A stretch of 64,000 bases of DNA, from the NCBI RefSeq assembly GCF_001194135.2, contig NC_068984.1:20561921-20625920 (forward strand). Direction: 5' to 3'. Below are positions 51,521 to 63,863 of the stretch, piece after piece. The translations under genes and the position numbers were made by a program. Origin of the DNA: Octopus bimaculoides (Eukaryota). Numbering within the stretch: the first letter of the stretch is position 1; each line of letters begins with the position of its first letter. The notes under the pieces are model-generated. The model saw only the letters and a list, made by a program, of their open reading frames with translations, did not search any database and was not told where the DNA came from.

Positions 51521-51689
51521 CTTTTGTGAGATCCGCAAGCACATGTTTGATTCCTTGATTGAAGGCTCGGGCTTCTCCCGACCTTTCAAAAGTAAGACCA
51601 AATCGTTTGTCATCTGTCCGCCAGTGGTGAAATTTAGGATTCACCACTGTGTATTGGATGTCTTTTTTTATCGTACAACTAAGCAGTTC
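51521..51689 (-). CDS. Spred: Spred exon encoding the C-terminal half of the EVH1 domain (ELLSCTIKKDIQYTVVNPKFHHWRTDDKRFGLTFERSGEARAFNQGIKHVLADLTK-G)
   Basis: Aligns with the SPRED EVH1 segment ..[55 protein letters not shown]. Acceptor ttacttttcctctctttgcag|GAA at 51689; donor AAAG|gtaaat at 51521. Length 169 nt, phase 0 in and phase 1 out. Confidence 0.95.
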
Positions 51690-52334
51690 CTGCAAAGAGA
51701 GGAAAAGTAAAAGATTTATATATCTTTTATATGCAATAGAAGTAGTATTAGCTTAAAATAGCAATCTGTATATCATACTTAATGTAAATACATCACATGA
51801 AGCTAAATTTATTGCAGTATTCATCTGGAGATGATATCTCTTATGGACATATTGTATTTAATAACACAAATATAATATATCAGCAGCAGACAAGAATTAA
51901 CCAGTGCATTTCTGCTTCGATGGGCTTCGTCAGTAGCATGTACTCACTAGCAATCACATGCTGAGACAACTATATATATGTATACATCTCTAGTCTAGTG
52001 GTAGTATGCCTTTGGGGAGGCCTGTGAATGTGAACCTTCTCCAGCACTCTCCGGGAGAGTGCGTACTCTCCACTGGCCACTGTTAAGTAGATTACTGGAA
52101 CTTTGGCTATCATGACTTAGACTTGGGAATGCAGAGCACTGGAAGATATACTGTAAAGCATCTCTGCTGACACGACAACAATTCAGCCACTCTCCCACCT
52201 GCAAGTAAAGCAAAATGAAGTGCCTTGCTCAAGAACACAACTTGCCACAAGATTTGGGAATTGAACACATGACCTTGTGACTATGAGTGCAACACCCTCA
52301 CCACTAGGCCATGTGCCTTCACATATGAATACAT

Positions 52335-52417
<83 letters not shown>

Positions 52418-52992
52418 GTTTGGTTACAAATGAAAGAGTTTTCAAAGCATGTTGTAGAGTATATATTTATTAAGAGAAACTAATGATTCATTGTTTCCTT
52501 TGTCTTAGTTCCTCCACTTGCTCCCCATGGCTTCATCATGTCATGACAAGTCATGGGGAATATTTCTCCCTAGTCCTACCTATATCTGAAGAATAAGGTG
52601 CAATGAGCAAGACTGCATAAATTCTTTCAATTGCAAATATCAATTTGTTTTCTTTTGTCTTTTCATATCTAGGATTTAGTGTTAGGAAGGGCATCCAGCT
52701 GTAGGAATCATGTAAAAGCAGACATTGAAGCTTGGTGCAGTCCTCTTGGCTTGCTAGCTCCTGCCAAACTGTTCAACCCATGCCAGCATTGAAAAACAGA
52801 TGTAAAATGATGATGAGGACGATGAGGACAATTGTGATTTGTTATTTAAATGGACTTTTTAGTGAGTGATACCGGATTACCAAAAACAGAGTTTTTCTGT
52901 AGGGCTAGCAGGTAACAAATGCCATCATTGGCACCAGCACTGGTACCAGCATCAGCAACAATAACAACTACCACTAATAGAAAAAAAGAAAA

Positions 52993-53311
52993 AAAGGGAG
53001 CACTCTGTTGGTTATGATGACGAGGGTCCCAGCTGATACAATCAACAGAACAGCCTGCTCATGAATCAACATGCAAGTGACTGAGCAATCCACAGACACA
53101 TGTACCCCTAACGTAGTTCTCAGGGAGACTCAGCGTGACACATAGCATGACAAGGCCGGCCCTTTGAAATACAGGTACTACTCATTTTTGCCAGCTGGAG
53201 CAACATGGAATAAAGTGTCTTGCTCAAGGACACAACGCGTCACCGGGAATTGAACTCATGACGTTATGATCATGAGCTGAATGCCCTAACCACTAAGCCA
53301 TGCACCTTCAC
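52993..53311 (-). mobile_element. SINE family B with a different 3' tail
   Basis: Same head and core as 12641-12897, followed by an unrelated ~170-bp tail ending in a U-rich run. Confidence 0.75.
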
Positions 53312-53315
53312 TACA

Positions 53316-53538
53316 AATGATCCTTTCTACTATAGGTACAAAGCCTGAAATTTGGGGGGGAGGGGGCCCAGTTGATTACATCGACCCCAGTATGCAACTG
53401 TTACTTAAATTTATGGACCCTGAAAGGATGAAAGCAAAGTTGACCTTGGTGGAATTTGAATTCAGAATGTAAAGACAGACGAAATACTGCTAAGCATTTT
53501 GCCCGGTGTGCTAACGATTCTGCTGGCTCTGCCACTTA
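53316..53538 (-). mobile_element. SINE family A copy
   Basis: Reverse complement of head, core and tail; directly abuts a family B copy. Confidence 0.8.
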
Positions 53539-56500
53539 TAATAAGAACTTCCATTCAATCACTATCAATGAATTAAAACAAACAGCTTACAATGTCCGAA
53601 ATCTCAGGTCAACATACTTAATACTAAAGGTAGAAAGAACAGAGATGGCTAAAACAATGATCTAATGATTTATGCTCCATCCTTGTCATGCAGTAAAACT
53701 ACTGAAGAGGAGATAACTGTGGTATTTAACACTGACTATGCAAAATGCTCAAAAAAATGAATGAACAAATTGAAAGAATAAAAATCAGAAAAACCAAACA
53801 AGTCCACTATTGTAACAGAACTTAATACTTGTAAAGATCTTGAATGTATCAGTTAGTGAATGAACATTTTGTCGGACAAGTGCCAAAATTGTTGAACAAT
53901 CCAAATATGTGTTGGCACACACCTGTGTATGTGTGTGTGTGTGTGTGTGAAAGAGAGAGAGATGGGTGGAGAGTATGTTTGATCTGACAAAAGCAAGAAT
54001 AATTATCACCAACAGAGCTCAGAGTTTTAGAATCTTTGGTTTAGCAGTTGTTTGTTAATATCCTCATGAAACAAATTAAGTATCTTATGTCAAGCATTTG
54101 CAAAGTTTAGTCAAATACACACACACACACACACACATGCATGTGTGTCTGTGTGCGTGCGTGTGCACATTTAGGTGCATGTAAACAATTTTAGAAAAAC
54201 ATGCAAACAAAAGAGATTTGTCTACAATACATATCAGAGATATTTGTAATATATGTACTTAATATCTATTGGATACGTTTTACACAGCTACATGCATGTA
54301 CATAAAACACATACACAAACATAGGCACAAATAGACACACACACACACACATGCATCATCATCAAAATGATATTATCATCTCCCTTCATCACCCTCAAAG
54401 GAATTACTCTCAAGTTCTGTGTGATGGTATGGATTTAGACAAATCTGTCTGGTCATATTTGGCACTGGTCCAAATGCACCTAGCACTGGCATAAAGGTAG
54501 ATTGGTGCTGATTGTATAATAGGTGTGGTAACATTTTAGTATATCAGAGTATGTATAATTAGATCTGAGGTTTTACAGCTGGATGCTCTTCTTGAAAATC
54601 CAACCAGTTTTATGGAGAGAACAATAAACACAATGAATAAAGAATAAACTTAGTCGTCGTTTTTGGAGGAAGTACCAAACAATAATATTATGCCACACAC
54701 ACATGCATAAGCATATATGTGTGTGTGTGTGCATGTGTATATATATATATATATACATATATGAGCATGTGTGTATGTGTGTGTATATGCATATATCTGT
54801 GTGTGTGAAAAAAGTATGACAAACACAAGATTGGATTTATACCATTTGTTCCCTATATTATACAATTAGATATTGTAGTTATTTGCACCCATTCCAGCGA
54901 GTGTTCATTGTGCAACTGGATGTTGATCCACAACAGTTCTTCAAGAGAATACTTCTTTATTACATCATGTTCTTGCAGATTAAATGAGTGTACTAAGCAC
55001 ACACACATGCATATGAGGCACAAGCATAGCTGTGTGGTTTAGAGATTCATTTCACAACCCTGTGATTTCAGGTTTAGTCCCACTGTGCAACACCTTGGGC
55101 ACGTGTCTTCTATTATAACCTCAGATAGATAAAAGATTTATTAGTGAATTTGGCACACACAAACTAAAAGAAATTTGTTGTGTATTAATTGGTTAATTCC
55201 ATGTCCATTTTTCAGAGCTAGCACAGGTTACATGAATATATTAGTGCCCTTTCTGTTGCTAATCCATACTGGTTTTTTAAGTAAAGAGCTCTTATTTCAT
55301 AAATTTTTGAAGGTATGAAACAAATGGGTGATTTGTTGACAAGATAAGTGACGACAGCAACACTACTTGCAACAAGCAACTTTCACAGAGCCCAAATATG
55401 AACATAGAAACCATATCACAGCAGACAATTAGTGTCTGGACAGCTCTCAGCTGACCAGCTCCATATCAAACTGTCCAACCCATGCCAGCATGGAAAATGG
55501 ATGTTTGATGATGATGATGAGGATGATGACAGACTTCTTTCAGTTTCTATCAACCAGATTCCCTAACAAGGCTTTGGCTGGCCCAGGGCTCTAGTAGAAA
55601 ATAATCATGAGAGTTACTGTGCAGATGGATTGAACTACAATCAATGCTGTTGAGAAGCAAACTTTTTTAACCACACACACCCATACCTACATCTATAGAA
55701 GTGTACTATTAAGCAGTTAATGAAATCCATGTTGTCAGCACATGCACTGTTATGCGCTGACAATACCATTTATTTGATGACAATTCAATGTCTTTGTGTA
55801 ACTGTCTGCCCCCATTATTAGTACTCCTATCTTTTTAATATTGTTATTATTTGTATATATTAGACCATTGTTTTAAAGGATACACACACACACACACACA
55901 CATCATATGTCTGTAGTCTCTGTATATGTGTCATGGCTATCAACTGAAGTAGAAAAATTACACAAAGAGTGACATTCGCACTGGATTTGAGTCGCACAAT
56001 GTACCCAAATATATGCATATTATTCATATATGTATGTAGAGGGAGCAATATGGTTAGGCTAGGTTCATGCTTATTTATATACATAAGCAGAGAAGCAAGC
56101 AAGCACACACACACACACGTATGTATGTATGTTAGAATGTGTGTGAGAGAGAGAGAAAGGGAGAGAGATAAGGGAGAAGAAATAGATACAGTAAGTGAGA
56201 TTTGATATGCTTTTATAATACTATTTTTACTTTTAGTTCATTAGGAAGAGGACTTTTAAGAAGAACAGTTATTATACAATAGCAGTCGCCAGGTAGCTCT
56301 GCAGGTCTGTTACATATAGAAAGCTGAATGAAACATTGAGACAGCCATCTTGTTTTTTATTGTGAACTTGTTGCTGTAAGATTTAGGGTTTAAAATATGT
56401 GCTTCCCATTAAAAAATAAAATAAAAATAATAATAGTAGGAAGTTGTTTGTTGAGAGTGTTATACTGAGCTGGTTAAGTAACTGAGTAAATAAATGTGTC

Positions 56501-57812
56501 CTTATTCATTTGCTTATATAGTTATTTTTGCTGAGAGCTATATAGTAAATTGATTACATCAGCCAACCTGTGTATGGGAAGTTGAAAGGGTTAAAAGCTG
56601 GTGATACATTGTCTATGTCCATGTCTTAACTGGTTAAGATATGTCATAAAGTTCTCTTCGACACAAATCATAACCACAATTATGTGAGTTTCAGTAAATT
56701 CAAAGATCTGAAGAGATTCCTTTGTACCAGATATTAATTAGGTCATCAATACCATGCATAAAGAAATGGATGTGATTGTCACGACTGTTCACAAGGTTAA
56801 TCAAAGGATGAAAATATTAAGGTTTTGATAGGCAATACTCAGATATAAAACAACATATTGAGAAAATGGTAACTCTCTGAGCTAATTAGTCTTACTCTTT
56901 AAAGTTATCATTAGCTTTCTTATTTTAAACATTGATGACAACAACAACGATGATGATGACAATGACAATAATAATGACAGTGATGATGATGATGATGCTT
57001 ATGATTATGATGACTCCAGAGACAAAGTTAGTCTCAGTCTCTAGTCATCATCAGGTGTCTCATTCCTGAATATGCTAACTTATTCCAGGCTGGATCAAAA
57101 CTAAGAACCATTAAAAACTAAACAAAGGGTATTAATATCCATGGTTTAGAATTAAAGGTTCTTATATGTTGGGGCCAGACTGAAATAAATGCATATATTC
57201 AGGGAATGAACATGTGATGTTTTGAATTTAAATATATTATCTAAGAATGAAGTTAACAGTCCAGAACAGGATCACTTAAGAAATTATAACATTAACTAAT
57301 CTCGGAACATTAATGCTTTATATTTACTACTACAACCTTTCAATTTGGCATGGCAGTGAGTGAGTATTTGGCAGTGAAACAACAACCAGAAAATTCCAGA
57401 ATAGAACTTTTTTTAGTTTTAGCTTTGTTTGGAGTCACAAAATTAATGAAGCCAGTTGAAATTCCAATGACCTTCAAGAGATTTAATATCAAATGTCATC
57501 ACCATTGGTCTCTGAGACAGAGTTCAGATTCACTGTATAAGTAACTACAAACTTGTACTATTTCTGGGTCATCAATCAACAATTTAAGGACAGAATATGT
57601 CTGTGATAAAATCTGTTCACTTTGCTTTAGGAATTCTCAAATGTGACCTAATATTAAAGTTTTTAGAGAAGGAATTTTTTACCTTTGTTTTTCCTCCCCT
57701 CTTTTTCATGGCTTAAAATTTTTTTTTTTTACATCAGGAGCAGTGAATCTGAATATTTATATGCATTTTAAAAGCAACACTTAACATCTATTATTATTAG
57801 ATTACGTACATA

Positions 57813-58030
57813 AAGTGGTGAGGCGGCAGAGTCGCCAGCATGCTGGGCAAAATGCTTAGCAGCATTTCATCTATCTTTACATTTTGAGTTCAAATTCCAC
57901 TGAGATTGACTTTGCCTTTTATTCTTTCAGAGTTGATAAAATAAGTACCAGTTGAGTACTGGGGTCAATGTAATCGACTTACCTCCTCCCTTGAGATTGC
58001 CGGCCTTGTGCCAAAATTTGAAACCATTAT
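57813..58030 (+). mobile_element. SINE family A copy (GGCCTTGTGCCAAAATTTGAAACC tail)
   Basis: Head, B-box (GAGTTCAAATTCC) and core are homologous to the other family A copies. Confidence 0.8.
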
Positions 58031-58568
58031 CAGATTAAGTACAAACATTGATGTGTGGTTAAGTGGTTTGTTTTACAACCACATGGTTTAGGGTTCAGTC
58101 CAACTGTGCAGCACCTTGAGCCCCTTGATAGTAAATTTAATAGACAAAATGCGAGAAGTCCAATATGTATGTAAGTCTGTATGTGCATGCATATTATTGC
58201 TCACTGATTGTAAACAAACTCCACCAAAATACAAATGGTGTCATTTTTTGGCAATTTCTGTGAGAATTCGTCTGACCTTAGGGGGAAAATATGACCTTGT
58301 TTGGAAAGAGAATTTTGGGAGACAGGAAGAGCATCCAGTTTTGTCAGCAATAATGTCCATCAGTTCCTGACAGTCCTTCTTTTAACTGTACTGAGTTAGA
58401 CTTTATAAGATAAAACAGAATTTGTTTTTTGTTTTATCACGATAGAAAATGAAGAAGATATCATACTAGATAAGTAAGAGGTGGCAGTACACTTAATCCT
58501 ACACACATAATTAGCTGTAGGCAATAAGTACCACACATTATGGGGATGATGCGTGAGATCTCTTAGGG

Positions 58569-58825
58569 CAATGGTTCTCAACCATATTTCTTTTACTTGT
58601 GGACCCCTTTGATTCCTATTTTACTTGGGAGGACCCTCATAGCCATTCAAGGTTTAAAAAAATCCTCTTATATTTTTATAATGAAATATTAGCAATTGTA
58701 TAAAGAAAATTGTTAAAATATTGTGCATATTGTAGAAGTATAAGCAATTTATTGAACATAAATTTTAACAACAAAACCTTATATTGACCCCCAAGGGTCA
58801 TATGGACCCTGGTTAGGGACCACTA
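58569..58825. mobile_element. Diverged hAT-type MITE
   Basis: Termini CAATGGTTCTCAACC / GGTTAGGGACCACTA; flanks TCTTAGGG / CCTTAGAG (6/8). Confidence 0.65.
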
Positions 58826-59339
58826 CCTTAGAGTATCAAACAAAAAGAATACCTTGCTAAGTTCTTTACTTTCTGAGTCAAACTCAACTGAGTCAACTTT
58901 ATCATATAGCCTTTAGGGATTAATAAAATAAAATACTAGTCAAGTACTACGGATTGATATAACTGACTCTCTGCCCTGTCTCTGATTTGAGCTTTGTGCC
59001 TGTACAACAAATTATTATTATTATTCGTCCTGCAACTATTTCTGAACCTGCTTTCCTGTGTTACATATCAGTTGGCTCTCATTTTTGAGAACTTTGGTGA
59101 ATGTACTTTTTTTCACAAATCATGATGATGATAAAAGTGTTTTACAAGCACATGTTACCCCATCCCCACTGGGCCCCCTCATCATCCTTTTCTGCCTCCA
59201 ACTACAAGAACAACAAACCAAACCAAATGAGGGAACCTCTTCATAGTCACCTAAGCTACAAGAAAAAAACAACAGCCAAATGAATTGATCAAATCATACA
59301 CCTCATTATCTTTTTCAAAAAGAGAAGCACACATTAGAT

Positions 59340-59476
59340 CAGTGTTTCTCAACGTTTTTACTCTTGTGTAACCCTTAAAATAAATTACATGTCTCAAGGA
59401 ACCCCTGCACAAAAAAGAAAATATATACCATATCTTTCTCATATTTTTTTCATTGTAGTTCACATGGTAAATATTA

Positions 59477-59519
<43 letters not shown>

Positions 59520-60251
59520 NNNNNNNNNNNNNNNNNNNNNNNNNNNNNNNNNNNNNNNNNNNNNNNNNNNNNNNNNNNNNNNNNNNNNNNNNNNNNNNNN
59601 NNNNNNNNNNNNNNNNNNNNNNNNNNNNNNNNNNNNNNNNNNNNNNNNNNNNNNNNNNNNNNNNNNNNNNNNNNNNNNNNNNNNNNNNNNNNNNNNNNNN
59701 NNNNNNNNNNNNNNNNNNNNNNNNNNNNNNNNNNNNNNNNNNNNNNNNNNNNNNNNNNNNNNNNNNNNNNNNNNNNNNNNNNNNNNNNNNNNNNNNNNNN
59801 NNNNNNNNNNNNNNNNNNNNNNNNNNNNNNNNNNNNNNNNNNNNNNNNNNNNNNNNNNNNNNNNNNNNNNNNNNNNNNNNNNNNNNNNNNNNNNNNNNNN
59901 NNNNNNNNNNNNNNNNNNNNNNNNNNNNNNNNNNNNNNNNNNNNNNNNNNNNNNNNNNNNNNNNNNNNNNNNNNNNNNNNNNNNNNNNNNNNNNNNNNNN
60001 NNNNNNNNNNNNNNNNNNNNNNNNNNNNNNNNNAGTGGGACTGAACCTGGAACCATGTAGTTGTAAGCAAGCTACTTACCACACAGCCACTCATATATAT
60101 ATATATATATATAGTAATATTACAATATTACAATAACCAATAATATATTGTGCATGTATAATAATATTACGATCATGAAATTAGCATTAGCTTATCTCAC
60201 TCTTTCTCGTAGAACCCTAGGGTTCTGGGGAACCCCAGTTCAGAAACGCTA
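59340..60251. mobile_element. hAT-type MITE spanning an N gap, with nested (CT)n and a SINE head fragment
   Basis: Left end CAGTGTTTCTCAAC, right end GTTCAGAAACGCTA. Perfect 8-bp TSD CATTAGAT at 59332-59339 and 60252-60259. Family C SINE head at ~60035-60090. Confidence 0.7.
59520..60034. other. Assembly gap; other gaps at 424-433, 5546-5555, 11759-11842, 22101-22204 and 60936-61569
   Basis: Runs of N; the X-containing ORFs over them are artefacts. Confidence 0.99.
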
Positions 60252-61668
60252 CATTAGATAATGCAGAGCTAGCTATCCCAATAAAGCTGAGATGGTCATA
60301 GCTGGAACGCCTTTAATGAGGGCGGATCTGGAACTAAACAATTAAATAATTGATAAAAGACAAATATCTGTAAAACAAACTCTCCAGACTTTCCTTTAAA
60401 TGCAGATATACAAACAAGAAGAGTTTCTCCTTTTTGCTTAGAATTTTTTTTTTATCCTCCATTTTCAGATGACATTGCAAGTGAGAGGTGTGAACAGCAT
60501 TATCAACCACCTTCTAGGAAAAACTAAATATCATACTTCAGAAAAAAGGGACAACAACCCATCTTTCTTGCAATTGACACTTTCAGAGTGTCTCTTTTAC
60601 AGAATGCAAACATAAGGGGTGCATGTGTAGTGAAGTTTACATACCAGTAGACACACACACATATACATGCATCACACAAACATGCACGATACACACACCC
60701 ACACAGACACAAACACACACACAAATTAGTTCCTTAATAGTAATGGGTAGAAGACATGCTTGTGGTGGTGGTGGTGTTGATATGTTGGGATGCTTGGGTA
60801 GAGTAGGTAAGTGGTAGGGAGGGAGAGAGAGAGAGAGAGAGAGAGAGTGAGTCTGTAATAAGAAAAAAATGGCAGACATGGGGAAGGTGGATCTGGAACA
60901 GACAGCGAGGAAGGGGAGGGGGAAAAGATGGGTGGNNNNNNNNNNNNNNNNNNNNNNNNNNNNNNNNNNNNNNNNNNNNNNNNNNNNNNNNNNNNNNNNN
61001 NNNNNNNNNNNNNNNNNNNNNNNNNNNNNNNNNNNNNNNNNNNNNNNNNNNNNNNNNNNNNNNNNNNNNNNNNNNNNNNNNNNNNNNNNNNNNNNNNNNN
61101 NNNNNNNNNNNNNNNNNNNNNNNNNNNNNNNNNNNNNNNNNNNNNNNNNNNNNNNNNNNNNNNNNNNNNNNNNNNNNNNNNNNNNNNNNNNNNNNNNNNN
61201 NNNNNNNNNNNNNNNNNNNNNNNNNNNNNNNNNNNNNNNNNNNNNNNNNNNNNNNNNNNNNNNNNNNNNNNNNNNNNNNNNNNNNNNNNNNNNNNNNNNN
61301 NNNNNNNNNNNNNNNNNNNNNNNNNNNNNNNNNNNNNNNNNNNNNNNNNNNNNNNNNNNNNNNNNNNNNNNNNNNNNNNNNNNNNNNNNNNNNNNNNNNN
61401 NNNNNNNNNNNNNNNNNNNNNNNNNNNNNNNNNNNNNNNNNNNNNNNNNNNNNNNNNNNNNNNNNNNNNNNNNNNNNNNNNNNNNNNNNNNNNNNNNNNN
61501 NNNNNNNNNNNNNNNNNNNNNNNNNNNNNNNNNNNNNNNNNNNNNNNNNNNNNNNNNNNNNNNNNNNNNAGGTCAAAACATAGTGATTTCATTCCTATGC
61601 TACATACTGAGAAACTAACAACACCACCGTCTCCTACTGCTACTACTACTACCACCATCACCACCACC

Positions 61669-61702
<34 letters not shown>

Positions 61703-62546
61703 CCAACAGCAGCAGTATGTTACAAAATATTTCCAAACCACCTCTTAACATCACCACCATTATCACTGCCACCATAATCATCATTCTACCCTTCTTTCTT
61801 TCCTCCACCACGTCCACCATGGAAGTTGTCCTCAACCCTCCACCCCCCACCATATTTCATGTGAAGTCTGGTGCCACAGACATAGACAAAGTCACCTGTA
61901 AGGAGTGGAGTAAGATCTATGATCTGGATAGAGATAAATAGATAGATAGATAGATAGAGAGAGGAGAGAAAGAGAGAGAGAGATAGAGAGTGGGTGTGTG
62001 TGAGAGAGGGAGAAAAAAAAAGGGAATTCAGACAGATACCTAGACATGTAGAGTCAACTTTATATACAGTTAGAGAGACATACCGATAGCTGTGTGGATA
62101 AATAATACATGTGCATAAAGAAACAAATGTACATTGCGCGCGCGCGCGTATGTGTGTATAAACATGCACACACATATGCATACACACACATACACCCACC
62201 CACACACATATATAAACACATCATCATGTTTGAAGACTCTTTTGGAAGTGAGAGTCATTTTGTTATTTCTGATTAATTACACATACATTCATGCTACCCT
62301 TGCCTTGGGTGCTCAATTCCTGATTGAGTTGTAGGGGGTGCTGTCATGACATATGGTATAGATAGCTTGGGTAGGTTTAGATCTGGAAGGGCCCATCCCT
62401 CTCTAGCCAGCTTCATTTCAAAAGAAACAGATTGATAGACAGAAAGAGAGAAAAAGAAGAACGAAGACCAATATAGGACTGATACTTTATTGAACGACCC
62501 TGAAAGGAAGAAATTTGAAGTCGATGTTGGTGTTATTGGAATAAAA

Positions 62547-62631
62547 ACTGCCGTGTATTCTACAAAAGATCTGGAATATATACTGCCATGTATTCTGTGA
62601 AAGATCTGGACAAATACTGCCATGTATTCTG
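62547..62631. repeat. 34-35-bp tandem repeat, ~2.5 copies
   Basis: ACTGCC(G/A)TGTATTCT..(A/G)AAAGATCTGGA units start at 62547, 62582 and 62616. Confidence 0.8.
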
Positions 62632-63289
62632 CCAATTTGCTACCCTAATTACACAAACACACTTTAGTACTGAAGTATTTGATATTGTCTTACAATGACA
62701 GTAGGTCCTGACATCCAGTATATTACTGGTGTTTAATTGTCTTAAGAAAGACAAAAACCAATCCCTGCAGGATTTGCAGATGTAAAGAGATGTAACAAAA
62801 ACAAACATCCCAGACCAGCTTTTTCTAACACTGTTACGTTGTAGAAGACACATATTTGCCATTAAAATACACACGAAAACAGTTAACTTCACTTCAACTT
62901 TTTTTTATATAATTTATCACTTGGTGTCAAAATTTTTGTTGTATCAACTATGACCTGGTCACTGACACATTTCCACTGCAATACAACAAAAATTTTGGCA
63001 CTAAGTAAAAAAAAAAAAATGCTTATGTGAATTTAACAGCTTTTGTATCTTTTTGTGCCTTCTACACTGTTAATTCTTTTTATTTCAACACATGGCTCAG
63101 ATCAAATCATTTAGCAAGCATGTACATCTCTGAAAGTGTAATGTTGATTCAGCTATTGACTGCCCTTAGTGAGGGATTTAATATTGATCTTTAAATCTTC
63201 CACAAGAACATAAATTGGCAGAAATCAGCATGTGTCAGCAAATAATTCTATACACAAGAGATACAATTCTTGTTTAGATTCATTGGTTC

Positions 63290-63353
63290 AAGGGTAGCCT
63301 TGTCTGAAGAGACGCAACTTGGTTGAAACACTGCACTGTCCCAAAGTACCCTT
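63290..63353 (+). ncRNA. Type I hammerhead ribozyme motif (HHR-B), partly decayed, antisense to Spred
   Basis: AAGGGTAGCCTTGT-CTGAAGA-GAC(GCAACTTG)GTT-GAA-ACA(CTGCAC)TGT-C-CCAAAGTACCCTT. Core is intact with a GUC triplet. Stem I has 7 perfect distal bp (AAGGGTA/TACCCTT) plus TTG/CAA, but a U.C mismatch next to the cleavage site. Confidence 0.65.
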
Positions 63354-63476
63354 ATTTCAATGAATTACAATACACAGGAGCACAGTGTACTGTTCCTCAA
63401 ACTGGAATTCACATGCATGCTAAATATATATTCACATGCTGTAATATTTGATCTACAGAAGTACACAATATGCATT

Positions 63477-63863
63477 CTTTTACTCTTTTACTCGTTTCAG
63501 TCATCTGACTGCGGCCATGCTGGAGCACCGCCTTTAGTCGAGCAAATCGATCCCAGGACTTATTCTTTGTAAGCCTAGTACTTATTCTATCGGTCTCTTT
63601 TGCCGAACCGCTAAGTTATGGGGACGTAAACACACCAGCATCGGTTGTCAAGCAATGTTGGGGGGACAAACACAGACACACAAACACATATATATATACA
63701 TATATACGACAGGCTTCTTTCAGTTTCTGTCTACCACATCCACTCACAAGGCTTTGGTTGGCCCAAAGCTATAGTAGAAGACACTTTCCCAAGGTGCCAT
63801 GCAGTGGGAATGAACCCGGAACCATGTGGTTGGTAAGCGAGCTACTTACCACACAGCCACTCC
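63477..63863 (-). mobile_element. tRNA-derived SINE family C, near full-length
   Basis: Head AGGAGTGGCTGTGTGGTAAG..GGGTTCATTCCC; CCTTGGGAAAGTGTCTT core; tail ..GGAGCACCGCC../..GTAAAAGAGTAAAAGA. Possible 6-bp TSD TGCATT. Confidence 0.85.

Noticed and set aside
59389-61941. 200-375-aa ORFs
   Set aside because: They run through N gaps and (CAC)n or (GA)n repeats; artefacts.
62547-62631. CRISPR-like array (35-bp periodicity)
   Set aside because: Eukaryotic context, no unique spacers and no cas genes; a simple tandem repeat.
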